A DNA stretch of 64,000 nucleotides from an uncultured delta proteobacterium (GTDB taxonomy: Bacteria; Desulfobacterota; Binatia; UBA9968). Below, piece by piece: positions 20,068 through 29,574 of this stretch. Each line of letters begins with the position of its first letter. Within the stretch, counting starts at the first letter, position 1. The notes below the pieces were generated by a model that was given only the letters and a program-made list of their open reading frames with translations, ran no database searches and had not been told where the DNA came from. A program made the translations under genes and the position numbers. The stretch covers positions 1 through 64,000 of the forward strand of contig CAWJBB010000040.1 in assembly GCA_963840855.1 (NCBI GenBank), given 5' to 3'.

Positions 20068-20339
20068 GACTGGCGGCGCGCAAAAGCGCGCGGAAAACGG
20101 GAGTCGAGCCTCCGCGTATGTTGATACCATCAGCGAAGCGGTATCATTAGCGCGGATAAAGGACGGTATTTTTAGGTCGAGGTATTTTTCCGCTCGCGTC
20201 TAAATCTCTGTGAAAAATTCCAAGTCATTTTTAGACGAAGAAGCCCTCTAAATTCTCCCTGGCCACTTCTCCGTGCCAGTACGGCCGAACAATCTCAGTC
20301 ATCGTAATACCTTGTAAAATCCGAGTTTAAATTCAATCA

Positions 20340-20367
20340 GTAGGGGCACGGCATGTCGTGCCCCTAC
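20340..20367. repeat. GTAG-type REP
   Basis: GTAGGGGCACGGCATGTCGTGCCCCTAC palindrome. Confidence 0.75.
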
Positions 20368-20505
20368 GTTGACATTCTCCCCAACCTGAGGCGGCTTTCA
20401 TTGCACAAGAAACCCAGTTGTAATACTTGTAGTGTGTTGACTGGAACGCGGCCGCATTAGCGGCCGCGAATACACAGACAGGTCTTCTTTTACTGGTTTC
20501 CAAGG

Positions 20506-22140
20506 GTGATATCGATCAAACAATTTTCGGTCTCGCGTGACAGCCCATCCTACAAATGGTGGATGGGCATCGCGCTGGCGATCGGCTCGACGACGGTGAG
20601 CTTTGCCGAGCGCATGATTGAAATCGCCATTCCGCAGATCATGGTGGCCATGAGCGTCAGCCTGGACAAGGTCCAGTGGGTTCGCACCGGCCCCGCCATC
20701 GTGAGAACCATCCTGGGACCGATGGTCGGCTGGCTCGCGGGAATTTTTGGCACGCGCCGGCTTTATCTCTCAACCTTCGTTCTTTACATCATCTGCTCCG
20801 GATTTGCCGGCGCCTCCTGGAGCCTGGGCGTCCTGATTTTCTTCCTGACGCTGAAAAATGCCGGCGGCGGGCTCAGGCAACCCCTTTCCATGTCGTTGAT
20901 GTACCGCGCTTTTCCGCCGCAGCAGCGCGGCCTTGCGATGGGTCTTTATCAAGCGAGCCATATGGTTGGCCCGCTTATCGCACCGCTCGTCGGCGGTTGG
21001 CTGGTGGAAACCTTTGGCTGGCAATCGGTGTTCTATGTCAATATCCCCATCAATCTTCTTTCCCTTCTGCTGATTATGCTGGTCATGCCGCGCGAGCTCG
21101 ACGACGACAGGCGGCGCGGGCCGGTGTCGGTGGACTTCATCGGTTTGGGCGCCATGTCGATTGGTCTGAGCACGCTGCTTTGGGCGATCAACAACGGCAC
21201 CCTATGGGGTTGGAATTCATCCCACATCTTGAGCCTGTTCGCCATCGCAGCGGTTTCTTTTGCAGTTCTTTTCGCCACCGAGCTGAACACTAAACATCCC
21301 ATCTTCGAGATCCGAGTTTTTCAGAACGTCTCTTTCAGCCTTTCGTTTATCGCCCGGCTGCTAAACACAGCCATTTTTCAGAGCACCAATTTTATCTTTG
21401 GGATCTTTCTTCAACGGGAACTGCGCTTTTCGCCGCTACAGGCCGGGCAACGGCTGGTGCCGATGGCGATGACCTCGGGAGTGGGGGCTCTCGGCTTCGG
21501 CATTCTCTCCGACAAGATGCAGATTCCAGTCGTGGTGGCCATCTCCCTTCTGGCCTCTTCCATTACAATGTACTTCTACTCGGGAATAGACGTGGGATCG
21601 ACGTTGACGCATATTGTCATGGTAACGGCCATGCAAAGCATGTTCCGCTCCGGCGCCCAAGCGACGATGACCACCATGGCTTTGGACACCCTGCCCGCGG
21701 AGAGTTCGACGTTGGGCGCGGGCATGGATACGCTGGCGCGCAACCTGGGAAATACGGCCGGGGTGCCGTTGATCTCGACCTACGTCACTCATCAAGAATT
21801 AGCGCACCTCACAAAACTGATGAGGATCCAGACGCTGGAACGTGAAGGTCCAAAGGACGCTATGGAAATGCTGCAAAGCGCATTTGCCCAGGCGGGACAG
21901 CCGCTGGATGAGGCAACGGCGAGATCCCAGGGCATGTTGAGAAATCAACTCATCGAGCGTGCTACAATTGAGGCGTACCACGACAGCTTCCGCCTGGTCG
22001 GCATTGCCGGGCTGTTACTGGTTCCGATTGTGCTCCTTATCCGGGGCAGAGAGGACCGCGACGGGAAGACTGCGAGGTTGGGCCGCAAGGGCCGCGCGTC
22101 ACGGCACCAATCACGAATCGCACAGGACGGAGATCAGTAG
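20506..22140 (+). CDS. DHA2 family MFS efflux permease (EmrB/QacA-like)
   Basis: 14-TM MFS; GPL.APL.GGW, W..VFYVN.P, RN.G motifs. Confidence 0.85.
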   Translation: MISIKQFSVSRDSPSYKWWMGIALAIGSTTVSFAERMIEIAIPQIMVAMSVSLDKVQWVRTGPAIVRTILGPMVGWLAGIFGTRRLYLSTFVLYIICSGFAGASWSLGVLIFFLTLKNAGGGLRQPLSMSLMYRAFPPQQRGLAMGLYQASHMVGPLIAPLVGGWLVETFGWQSVFYVNIPINLLSLLLIMLVMPRELDDDRRRGPVSVDFIGLGAMSIGLSTLLWAINNGTLWGWNSSHILSLFAIAAVSFAVLFATELNTKHPIFEIRVFQNVSFSLSFIARLLNTAIFQSTNFIFGIFLQRELRFSPLQAGQRLVPMAMTSGVGALGFGILSDKMQIPVVVAISLLASSITMYFYSGIDVGSTLTHIVMVTAMQSMFRSGAQATMTTMALDTLPAESSTLGAGMDTLARNLGNTAGVPLISTYVTHQELAHLTKLMRIQTLEREGPKDAMEMLQSAFAQAGQPLDEATARSQGMLRNQLIERATIEAYHDSFRLVGIAGLLLVPIVLLIRGREDRDGKTARLGRKGRASRHQSRIAQDGDQ

Positions 22141-22152
22141 GAATTACACCTG

Positions 22153-23547
22153 ATGGAAGACAGCCACGAGGACATTGAACCAGCCGGTTTCAGGCGATTT
22201 CTGAAATTCCGGCTGAGCGAAAGACGCCACGTCATCGCGTTGCTCGTCTTCGGCGTCGGTTTTGTGCTCGCCGCCGTTTACGGCATAAATTGGTGGATTA
22301 CGGCCATGAATACCGTATACACCGACGAGGGCCGCGTAACCGCCGCCTACGCCACGATCAGCGCTGAGGTATCGGGAAAAATCGTCAAGTTTTCCGCCGA
22401 GGAGGGCGACGTCGTGCGCCAGGGCGACCTGCTGGTGGAAATTGACAAGGAGGAATTCCAGAGCGCCTTGGATGAAGCGGTAGTAGAATTGAAACGCGCC
22501 AATGCTCACTACGAAGAGGGAAAGCTCCAGTTCTCGGGGATGGCCGCGACGGTGCAAAGCGAAATTAGCCGCGCCGAGGCCGCGCTTGAGGCTGCCGGGG
22601 GAATGCTCAAGGAAAAAGTGCGGATGCACGAGCTTGCCAAATATGTCGGCAAATCGCAGGTCGAGCAGGCAGAGGCCACGGTCAAAGTAGCCGAATCAAA
22701 TCTCGTAAGAGCCGAACTTGATCTCAGGAAAGCAATCCTCGATCTGGAACGGGCCAACGCCCTGTTCAGCAAGAATTTCATTGCCGCCAAGGACCGTGAC
22801 GACGCCAAAACCGCCCATGAAACCGCCCAAGCCACCGTCGAAATGCGCAAGAGCGAGTTGCGCCAGGTCAGAGCGGAACTCCAATTGTCGCAAGTTTCGA
22901 AGCGGAACAATTTCCAAGACGACGCGCCGCTGGCCGAAGTCCGCGCCATGACGGCAAAGTCGGATGTGCGCAAGGCTGACGCGGATCTGCGCTTGGCGAG
23001 AGCCCGCCTCGCCGAAGTGGAAGCTTTCAAGGCGCGCCTTGAATCCCAGGAATCCACAATCAATCAGCTCAAACTGAAGGTGGCTACCCAAAAGCGACAC
23101 CTCGAGAGCACCTCGGTTACCAGTCCGGTGAACGGCATCGTCGTTCGCAGAACGGCCAACATCGGCGACATTATGCAAAGAGGCCAGGCTTTCCTGAAGA
23201 TCATTATCCGCGATACCTTGGAGGTGCGCGCGAACGTACGCGAGACTTACGTGAGACACATCGGGCAGGGCAATCCGGTTGAAATTTACGTCGACGCCTA
23301 CCCCAATCGTGTTTTTAGCGGGAAAGTCAAAGTGATCGGCGACACCACCGATTCGGAATTTGCTCTCTTTAAGCCCGGCGGGCCATATTCAAGGCTGGAG
23401 CAGATGATTCCGGTGGAAATATCGCTCGACGGCGATTCCAACAATCGCGACTTGAAACCGGGGATGAACGCCTGGGTTTATATCAAGCGCACTTCAGCGC
23501 TCGATGAAAACGCCAGACGACAGGCGCGCGGTCAAGGTCCCCCTTAA
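22153..23547 (+). CDS. HlyD/EmrA-type membrane fusion protein
   Basis: N-terminal TM, lipoyl halves (VSGKI..GD.V; SPVNGIV), long coiled coil, LKPGM. Confidence 0.88.
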   Translation: MEDSHEDIEPAGFRRFLKFRLSERRHVIALLVFGVGFVLAAVYGINWWITAMNTVYTDEGRVTAAYATISAEVSGKIVKFSAEEGDVVRQGDLLVEIDKEEFQSALDEAVVELKRANAHYEEGKLQFSGMAATVQSEISRAEAALEAAGGMLKEKVRMHELAKYVGKSQVEQAEATVKVAESNLVRAELDLRKAILDLERANALFSKNFIAAKDRDDAKTAHETAQATVEMRKSELRQVRAELQLSQVSKRNNFQDDAPLAEVRAMTAKSDVRKADADLRLARARLAEVEAFKARLESQESTINQLKLKVATQKRHLESTSVTSPVNGIVVRRTANIGDIMQRGQAFLKIIIRDTLEVRANVRETYVRHIGQGNPVEIYVDAYPNRVFSGKVKVIGDTTDSEFALFKPGGPYSRLEQMIPVEISLDGDSNNRDLKPGMNAWVYIKRTSALDENARRQARGQGPP

Positions 23548-23701
23548 GACCAGGTCGCCCCCCGCTTTCGCGAGGGTCGCCCGGAATGACGATTGAATTA
23601 TCCAACGACCGTCAGAGTCACTACACGAGCAAGGTGGCGCGATCATTTAGACGCCTCCTGCTCCTGAAAAGCCTCAACGGAGCCGGGTCCCTTCCACCGC
23701 G

Positions 23702-24478
23702 CTAACTTGCGCGATTTGAAACCGCCTCAGCACTCAGGCCAGGTGCCCACGGGTAGGCTTTCTGGCTGTGAATGGTCTTGCTACTTGCCATCAGTTCCGC
23801 AAACCGTATTGCCACAGCCTGCGTATTGACGACGGGTATGCCAACTTCTCGCTCAACCTCTTCCGGCGAAACTGCGGCCGGGATCAGGCGCGCCGCGAGG
23901 GGGATAAGAGCCTGGGCGCCTCCAGCGACGAGCTCGCGGGCAACGGCGATAGTCCGTTCCAGTATGGGATCATGGTACTTGCTGAGATCGCCAACCTCAT
24001 ACATGCCGATGACCTTGATTCCCGTGACAAACTGCGCCATGCGGTAGTTCTCGACCAGACGCCACACGTAAGGCACGTAGCTATCCAGGGGAACCGTGAG
24101 GCCGAAGCGATGACAAAGCGTCGCGGCAAAATGGCACGAAGCGCGCAACGAACCCACGACTGGGATGCGCACGGCTAGACGCGCGGCTTCAACCCCGGGG
24201 TCAAAAGCATCGGTCTGGACGACGGCGTCGAAGCCGTCGCGCTCGGCTTCTATGATTTTTTTCACCAGTGCCGGCGTCTCCAGTATGTGGTGCAGGCCGG
24301 CAAGAGTTTTTGTCTTTCTAAGGTGATGCAGCACTTCGCCGCCACCGAGGTCCTCGGGATGGTGGAGCTCGATAGTGGTTCCTGGAGACGCATACTTGTG
24401 AAGTCTCTCCAGGCGTTGCCTGTCCCCTTCGTCGTTGGTTTCGCGCACAAAAGTGTGACCCAGTGCCATGATACGCAT
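23702..24478 (-). CDS. Asp/Glu/hydantoin racemase-fold protein
   Basis: AERDGFDAV..DPGVEAAR..V.IPVVG, GIPVV; canonical Cys residues absent. Confidence 0.75.
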   Translation of the reverse strand: MRIMALGHTFVRETNDEGDRQRLERLHKYASPGTTIELHHPEDLGGGEVLHHLRKTKTLAGLHHILETPALVKKIIEAERDGFDAVVQTDAFDPGVEAARLAVRIPVVGSLRASCHFAATLCHRFGLTVPLDSYVPYVWRLVENYRMAQFVTGIKVIGMYEVGDLSKYHDPILERTIAVARELVAGGAQALIPLAARLIPAAVSPEEVEREVGIPVVNTQAVAIRFAELMASSKTIHSQKAYPWAPGLSAEAVSNRAS

Positions 24479-24553
24479 CGCTCATCCTCCCCTTTCGAAT
24501 TCTAATTTGCCGTTCCTCGTTTTGCCGTAAGGCGAGTCTTAATTCCTAACTCC

Positions 24554-24859
24554 TCAACCCGGATTGATGGCGTTGACTATGGCCGCGATGAACAACGAAG
24601 CGGCGTAAGCGGCGCACAAGTCAACGAGCATACGAAAGCCGCCCATCTGTTCAAGGGATGGGACGAGATCAAAGTGAACAAATAGTAATTGGCTCAGGAA
24701 TAAACCGGCAATACCAATAAGGCAATAAACAACCGGCCCTGAGAGCCGGTCGGAGGTAAGGCTTCGGCATGCAGCGCCTCCAGCGATCAGCGCAATCGCA
24801 AAATGGACCAGTAGGCTACTTCGAAGATAAGCAATCGCCGGCTCGATTAATTCCCGCAT
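24554..24859 (-). CDS. small membrane protein
   Basis: Three hydrophobic helices; RBS GGAGG. Confidence 0.6.
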   Translation of the reverse strand: MRELIEPAIAYLRSSLLVHFAIALIAGGAACRSLTSDRLSGPVVYCLIGIAGLFLSQLLFVHFDLVPSLEQMGGFRMLVDLCAAYAASLFIAAIVNAINPG

Positions 24860-25113
24860 GGTATGCCTCCCGAAGGAGCGACAGAATCGTCTTGCTTACA
24901 AAACTTGGGGCCTGCGCTCCCCTAGCTCCGTCCAATGTCCAAAACGCTCCTCCATTGTTTCCGGAGAAGTACCGAAAAGGCGCTGCAGAGGGGGTACCCT
25001 GCTGTCCACCTAGGATGAGATCGTTGTTTATTCGCCTTATATGGAAGCCGTTTTTAAGAAACTTCGTTATCGGAAAGGTGAAAAGACTTACCCTTAGCTT
25101 AGTCAAAAGCTCA

Positions 25114-25563
25114 TTACGGTGCCGGAGGCGTCGGCGTAGATGGTCCGTATTTGGCGTACGTCTTCTCGATCTGTGCCCGCATCTCCTTGAGAGTTTTACC
25201 TTGATCCATCATCTTCATCACGTCACGCGTGATGCCAATGCAGATGCCTCAAGCCAGGCTCATACGATCAAATATCAATTTATCGGGAGTTGAGCTGTCG
25301 TTGACGTAGCACGACGCATTGCTGGTGTGGCCCTCGGATCCGCAGCCGCAGTAGCATGGGATGTAACGAAGAGTCTCCCGGTTGGCGATGGCGAACCGGT
25401 AGGCCTCGCGGACTTCGGCGGGAGCGCCACGAATATCCGTTGGCAGAACGCTTTCTGACGCTAATTTGTAGCGATGCTCCGCCGCTTCGAATCCACGGCA
25501 GCCGGCAAGCATCATAGCGCCGGCTGTTGCTAATCCTTTGGCGAGAAAATTTCTTCTCTTCAT
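25114..25563 (-). CDS. PCYCGC-motif lipoprotein, predicted selenoprotein (UGA at 25249-25251)
   Basis: RRNFL..LAGC signal, IPCYCGC, H..N..CY; the frame continues past TGA as GICIGITRDV...YGPSTPTPPAP to TAA; SECIS-like hairpin follows. Confidence 0.8.
25216..25234 (-). promoter_or_regulatory. putative bacterial SECIS element
   Basis: CATCACG-CGTGA-CGTGATG stem-loop starting 14 nt after the UGA, with GU in the loop. Confidence 0.65.
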
Positions 25564-26213
25564 CCCTTAGCTTTCGTAACTGAGCGACTGAGATCCCCAT
25601 TGCGATTTCGAAGTTCAGCAAAGGACTCTTGAAGCACTGCGAATGCTGTTTTTAGAAACAAGGCGGCGATTGCGCCTCCGACCACGATATCGGGCCAAGC
25701 GGAATTAAGAACTTTTACGCCCGCCGCGGCTACCAGCACCGCTGCATTCGCCATGATGTCATTGCGCGAGCAGAGCCAGGTCGAACGCATGTTGAGATCG
25801 TCGGAACGGTGGCGGAAGAGCAGAAAAAAACATAATCCATTGCCGAGCAAAACAAGCAAACCGACGATTCCCATGGTTTCTGCCACCGGCACGACATCTG
25901 CTATGATTTTGTAGACAACTTCTATCAGCACACCGGCGCCAAACAGGGCCATGACAACGCCTTTGAAAACCGCAGCTCGGGCCTTCCACTCGGCGCTGCG
26001 CCAAAGGACATAAAGGCTGAAGCCGTACACGAGCGAGTCGCCGAACATGTCGAGAGAATCGGCGAGCAGCGCCGTTGAATGGGCGAGCATCCCGGCGGCG
26101 GCTTCCACGATAAAGAGCACCGCATTGATGACCAAGACGATCGTGAGGACCTTCTTGTGTTCGCCGCGCAGCGCGGTTAATTCTTCTGCTTTTGTCTCGC
26201 AACAGGCATCCAT
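25560..26213 (-). CDS. short CDF-family cation transporter
   Basis: STALLADSLDM.GD, DLNMRSTWLCSRND, WPD; N-terminal CC. Confidence 0.85.
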   Translation of the reverse strand: MDACCETKAEELTALRGEHKKVLTIVLVINAVLFIVEAAAGMLAHSTALLADSLDMFGDSLVYGFSLYVLWRSAEWKARAAVFKGVVMALFGAGVLIEVVYKIIADVVPVAETMGIVGLLVLLGNGLCFFLLFRHRSDDLNMRSTWLCSRNDIMANAAVLVAAAGVKVLNSAWPDIVVGGAIAALFLKTAFAVLQESFAELRNRNGDLSRSVTKAKG

Positions 26214-26277
26214 TTTTCTAGCCTCTGTTAGATGTACCAATTAAATGCTTTTGTTACCATGGCCTCGGGCAAACTGG

Positions 26278-26457
26278 CTAGTTATCTCGGGAGGTGGGAC
26301 GGATGGTGGTGACTCCGCAAATGCACTCGTCAAGAGAGTTGCCGCAAATAATGCAGCTAGTGTCAGGTTTCTCATAGAAGCCTCCAAGGACTTCGGCTAA
26401 CACGCGGGCGGTTAGCTCGATGGTGTCCTTATCAATTCCGCAGGTCGGGCATCTCAT
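26278..26457 (-). CDS. 59-aa Cys-rich putative zinc-binding protein
   Basis: MRCPTCG...CIICG...CICG read from sequence; RBS GAGGAGG; below the ORF-track cutoff. Confidence 0.45.
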   Translation of the reverse strand: MRCPTCGIDKDTIELTARVLAEVLGGFYEKPDTSCIICGNSLDECICGVTTIRPTSRDN

Positions 26458-26557
26458 AATGGCCTCCTCAAAACAGTCTCAATGGGCTCTTTGATAAATT
26501 CCCGTAAAAGCACTCTCGGCTCTTTTAACGGAGCTATCTCTTTAAGAGCGTATTGGC

Positions 26558-26883
26558 TTACGGCGAGGTACGGACGACGTAAACCCGTTCAATCTCTCGT
26601 CGGATATAGCCTCCGTGCGTGGGTTTGAACTCGATACACTTCATTTCACACTCGCCTCCGTATTGCTCTTTGAGCTTAAAACACGCGAGCTCAGAGATTG
26701 ATGTGGGTTTCGAAGGGCTCGGTTCGTGCCAACCCGACAATGCGGACACCAGTGACGATTTACGCCGTTTTCGGGCATCAGGATCGTATAGACGCCTTTC
26801 GCGAATGGACATTCCATAATCCCTCCCTATAATGAGGCCTACGACGAGGCCTATTAGAAACACTCCACTATACCTACGTTCAT
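26558..26883 (-). pseudogene. phage-like small membrane-anchored ORF, frameshifted near start
   Basis: AAGGAGG RBS with ATG at 26883 is out of frame with ORF 26558..26863. Confidence 0.35.
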
Positions 26884-27180
26884 AAAGCCTCCTTCGGTTT
26901 GACCTTCGAAAGAACAGTCTGACGAACGGCGAACGCCGTAACGTGTTCCTGCTAGCGGGTCACTCCCTTCTCAAAGAACTTCGGGTGAAGCTCTGCTAGA
27001 GGAAGAGCCTCACCCCAAGTTAAGAAATAAGATTCGCTTGGGTAGGGTAAATTATTATTAGGCCAGTACTTTCACTTTCAGTATAAATCCAAAAATCAAA
27101 TTGCGCGGTGGATAAACTCCGCGCGAGCCGTGAGGATGAGAGACTGTTGCGGAACGCCGAGCGCGGACGATAGGACGAGC

Positions 27181-27207
27181 AAAAGAAAAGCCCCGGAAGG
27201 GGCTTAT
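27181..27207 (-). terminator. intrinsic terminator-like hairpin
   Basis: AAGCCCC-GGAA-GGGGCTT with A-tract on plus strand (U-tract on minus). Confidence 0.45.
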
Positions 27208-27300
27208 CTTATTTGTCGAGGAGTCCGGTGAATTGCATGAGCGCGGTTTCTGAGCCCACGAGCTTTATTTTGTTCTTGAACTTTCGGTTTTGTCCAGCAC

Positions 27301-27513
27301 TTCCACGACTTGCGCCATACGTTCGCGACGCTTCAAATCAAAAACAACCAATCGCTCGCCTACATACGCGATCAGCTTGGACACTCATCGATCAAAGTGA
27401 CTGTTGACCTTTATGGGCACATCAAGCCTGGGGATTTCAAAAGTGCTGCCGATTTATTGGACGACGGTACATCGATTGGTACATCTGTGAAGGAAACGAA
27501 GATAAGTAGTTGA
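27301..27513 (+). pseudogene. tyrosine integrase C-terminal fragment
   Basis: FHDLRHTFA ... QLGHSSI.VT.D.Y catalytic motifs; no N-terminal part; abuts tRNA 3' end. Confidence 0.85.
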
Positions 27514-27519
27514 ATTTAT

Positions 27520-27596
27520 TGGCGCGCCCGGAGGGATTCGAACCCCCAACCCTCAGATCCGAAGTCTGATGCTCTGTCCAGTTGAGCTACGGGCGC
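27520..27596 (-). tRNA. tRNA-Arg(TCG)
   Basis: GCGCCCGTAGCTCAACTGGACAGAGC..TCAGA-CT-TCG-GA-TCTGA..GTTCGAATCC..GGGCGCGCCA, 77 nt. Confidence 0.96.
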
Positions 27597-27599
27597 TAC

Positions 27600-27751
27600 C
27601 AGGCTGCTGAAAAAGCCTCATATGCTTCGTTGCGCTCAATCACCTCGCTACAACGTACAAGCGGAGTGCGCCTCCGCCTAGCCCGTCCTGAGTAACGTCG
27701 AAGGATCGATTTCTCGCGCGCCTCGCCTCTGAGATCTTTTTGAGCAGCCTG
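27600..27751. repeat. MITE with CAGGCTGCTGAAAAA...TTTTTGAGCAGCCTG ends, containing a CTGAG..TCGAAGG insert
   Basis: Terminal IR; related end at 11660-11674. Confidence 0.65.
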
Positions 27752-27783
27752 TAAGCAGCATTTTTTAGCTGCCTGGGAGATGT

Positions 27784-29574
27784 TTACTGAAAATATACTA
27801 TATCCAACCCTTTTTCAAAAAAGATCGGCTGAAACCGCGCGGGAATTTCGCGATCGGTGACGAATAACGAGTGGCCGGGGAGGAGAAATCCCGCGGCGGT
27901 CATCACCAGACGGTCCTGCATTGAGCCCTTGGCGGCGGCAAAGCGATGTTCCTTATAGGCCGCCTTTTCACCCAACTCGCCCAGCAATTTGGCTGCAACC
28001 TCGCGGGACTTGAGCGCCGTAAAATCCAACTCGATCGCCTTCATACCCTGCTTGGTTTCGAGGGCGGCTTTTATCGCGGGATCGATGGCGCGAAAAAACA
28101 GCGCGGTTTTACGGCCGCGCAACTCAAACGTCCGGTCAGCCGAAATCTCCGCTTTCAAACCGCTGTGCAGCTCCGCGGCTAATGTGTCCTTGACTCCGAA
28201 CGCAACCTGGTATGCATTCAGCAGCGCGTCGACCAACTCGGATTTTTCAGCGGGCCGTGCCTTGATTTGCCTCGCGAGCGGTAGCGGGGCTTGCTTTTCG
28301 CTCTCCTCGGAGCGCGCGGCAGGTTCGCCGAGCGCGACGTTCTTGAGATGCAATCCCTTCGCAGCCAGGTGCGTTTTCAACTCTTCGGGAATCTCTCCGG
28401 ATCCGTCCATTAGATTAATCACGATAATTTCCTGGGGCTTGTTGCTTTGTTGCGGTGCCATCACCGCCCATTGGCCCTTGGCCTCGAAGGAAACGCCGGC
28501 CTCTTGGATGACTACGGGCCGCTCGGACGGCAAGGGCTGGTAACCCAATCGCGCCAGCAGCTGACCGACGGCTTCCTCGACCGTCGTACTATTTGCAATT
28601 GACACCACGGGAGTGCTTACGCTTGCCTCCTTAAGATTGGCGCGCACAGACTCGGGAACATTATTTTCGCCGTCCAGGATCACCCTCTGGTCCAGGGCCC
28701 GGTTATAGACCACTGGAAACCGATTCTTATCGAGCCGAATAGAGCCGTCTTTGAGCGCAACGATTTCCTCGCCGCTACGCTGGATTTCGTTCCCCAGGCT
28801 CTCGGCAACCATACCGATCAGCGCAGAATTCTCCCTGGCGGAAAGCCGCTGCGCGTAATCCAACCCGATGGCCGGACGAGCATCAGTGGGTTTCAGCGCA
28901 GCGCGCGGTATCATCGCCCCCTGAGTTTCCACATTAACCGGCTCGGCACCGCTTGCCGCCCGAGCGGTTTTCGAAGCCGGCAGACGAATGGTCTCTCCCG
29001 TTTCGATGACATCCCAGTTACTTCTCTGCGGATTCAGGTCTTTTACCAGGGCGAGATACTGCCCTAACTTCCTCTCGTCGAGGACGCCGAGCTGCGTGCG
29101 CAGAATCTGGTACAGATGTTCGCCGGGTTTGACGGTATAATCTTGGATCTTGCCCTGTCCCATGGGTACTTTCTCGGCGCTCTCCGCCGAAGCAGCCTGC
29201 AATGCGAGCACCTCGTTGAGTTTCAAGGGAATGAAGATTTTATCGCCGACGCGAAGGGCTTCGGGAGTCGTCAATTGCGGATTCAATCCGCGGATGAGAA
29301 CAAAATGTTCTTTGAACCGTTCGCCCGCCAGCCCCTTCTCTCTCACCAGGATGTGCCACAAGGTGTCGCCGGAACGCACTTCGCGCTCGTCACCTTCGAT
29401 GGTTTTCCCCTTGTACTCCCGCGCGCCGATGGCTCTGCGCAGACTGATTTCCGCGCTGCCCGCTTCATTTGTCTGCTGCGCGCTCTCTTGAGCGGCGCTG
29501 AAAGGCGCTGGGAGTGGCGCCGATAGCAGCAAAACCACCGCGCTCCTCCAGAGCCAACTTACTTTACTTTCCAT
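27784..29574 (-). CDS. secreted LysM-domain protein
   Basis: Signal peptide; two LysM-like repeats (VRSGDTLW..LNP..GDKI; VKPGE.L..LNP..GETI.LP). Confidence 0.75.
   Translation of the reverse strand: MESKVSWLWRSAVVLLLSAPLPAPFSAAQESAQQTNEAGSAEISLRRAIGAREYKGKTIEGDEREVRSGDTLWHILVREKGLAGERFKEHFVLIRGLNPQLTTPEALRVGDKIFIPLKLNEVLALQAASAESAEKVPMGQGKIQDYTVKPGEHLYQILRTQLGVLDERKLGQYLALVKDLNPQRSNWDVIETGETIRLPASKTARAASGAEPVNVETQGAMIPRAALKPTDARPAIGLDYAQRLSARENSALIGMVAESLGNEIQRSGEEIVALKDGSIRLDKNRFPVVYNRALDQRVILDGENNVPESVRANLKEASVSTPVVSIANSTTVEEAVGQLLARLGYQPLPSERPVVIQEAGVSFEAKGQWAVMAPQQSNKPQEIIVINLMDGSGEIPEELKTHLAAKGLHLKNVALGEPAARSEESEKQAPLPLARQIKARPAEKSELVDALLNAYQVAFGVKDTLAAELHSGLKAEISADRTFELRGRKTALFFRAIDPAIKAALETKQGMKAIELDFTALKSREVAAKLLGELGEKAAYKEHRFAAAKGSMQDRLVMTAAGFLLPGHSLFVTDREIPARFQPIFFEKGLDIVYFQ

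Noticed and set aside
24860-25110. Second attachment site duplicating the tRNA-Arg 3' end
   Set aside because: No match to TGGCGCGCCCGGAGGG was seen.
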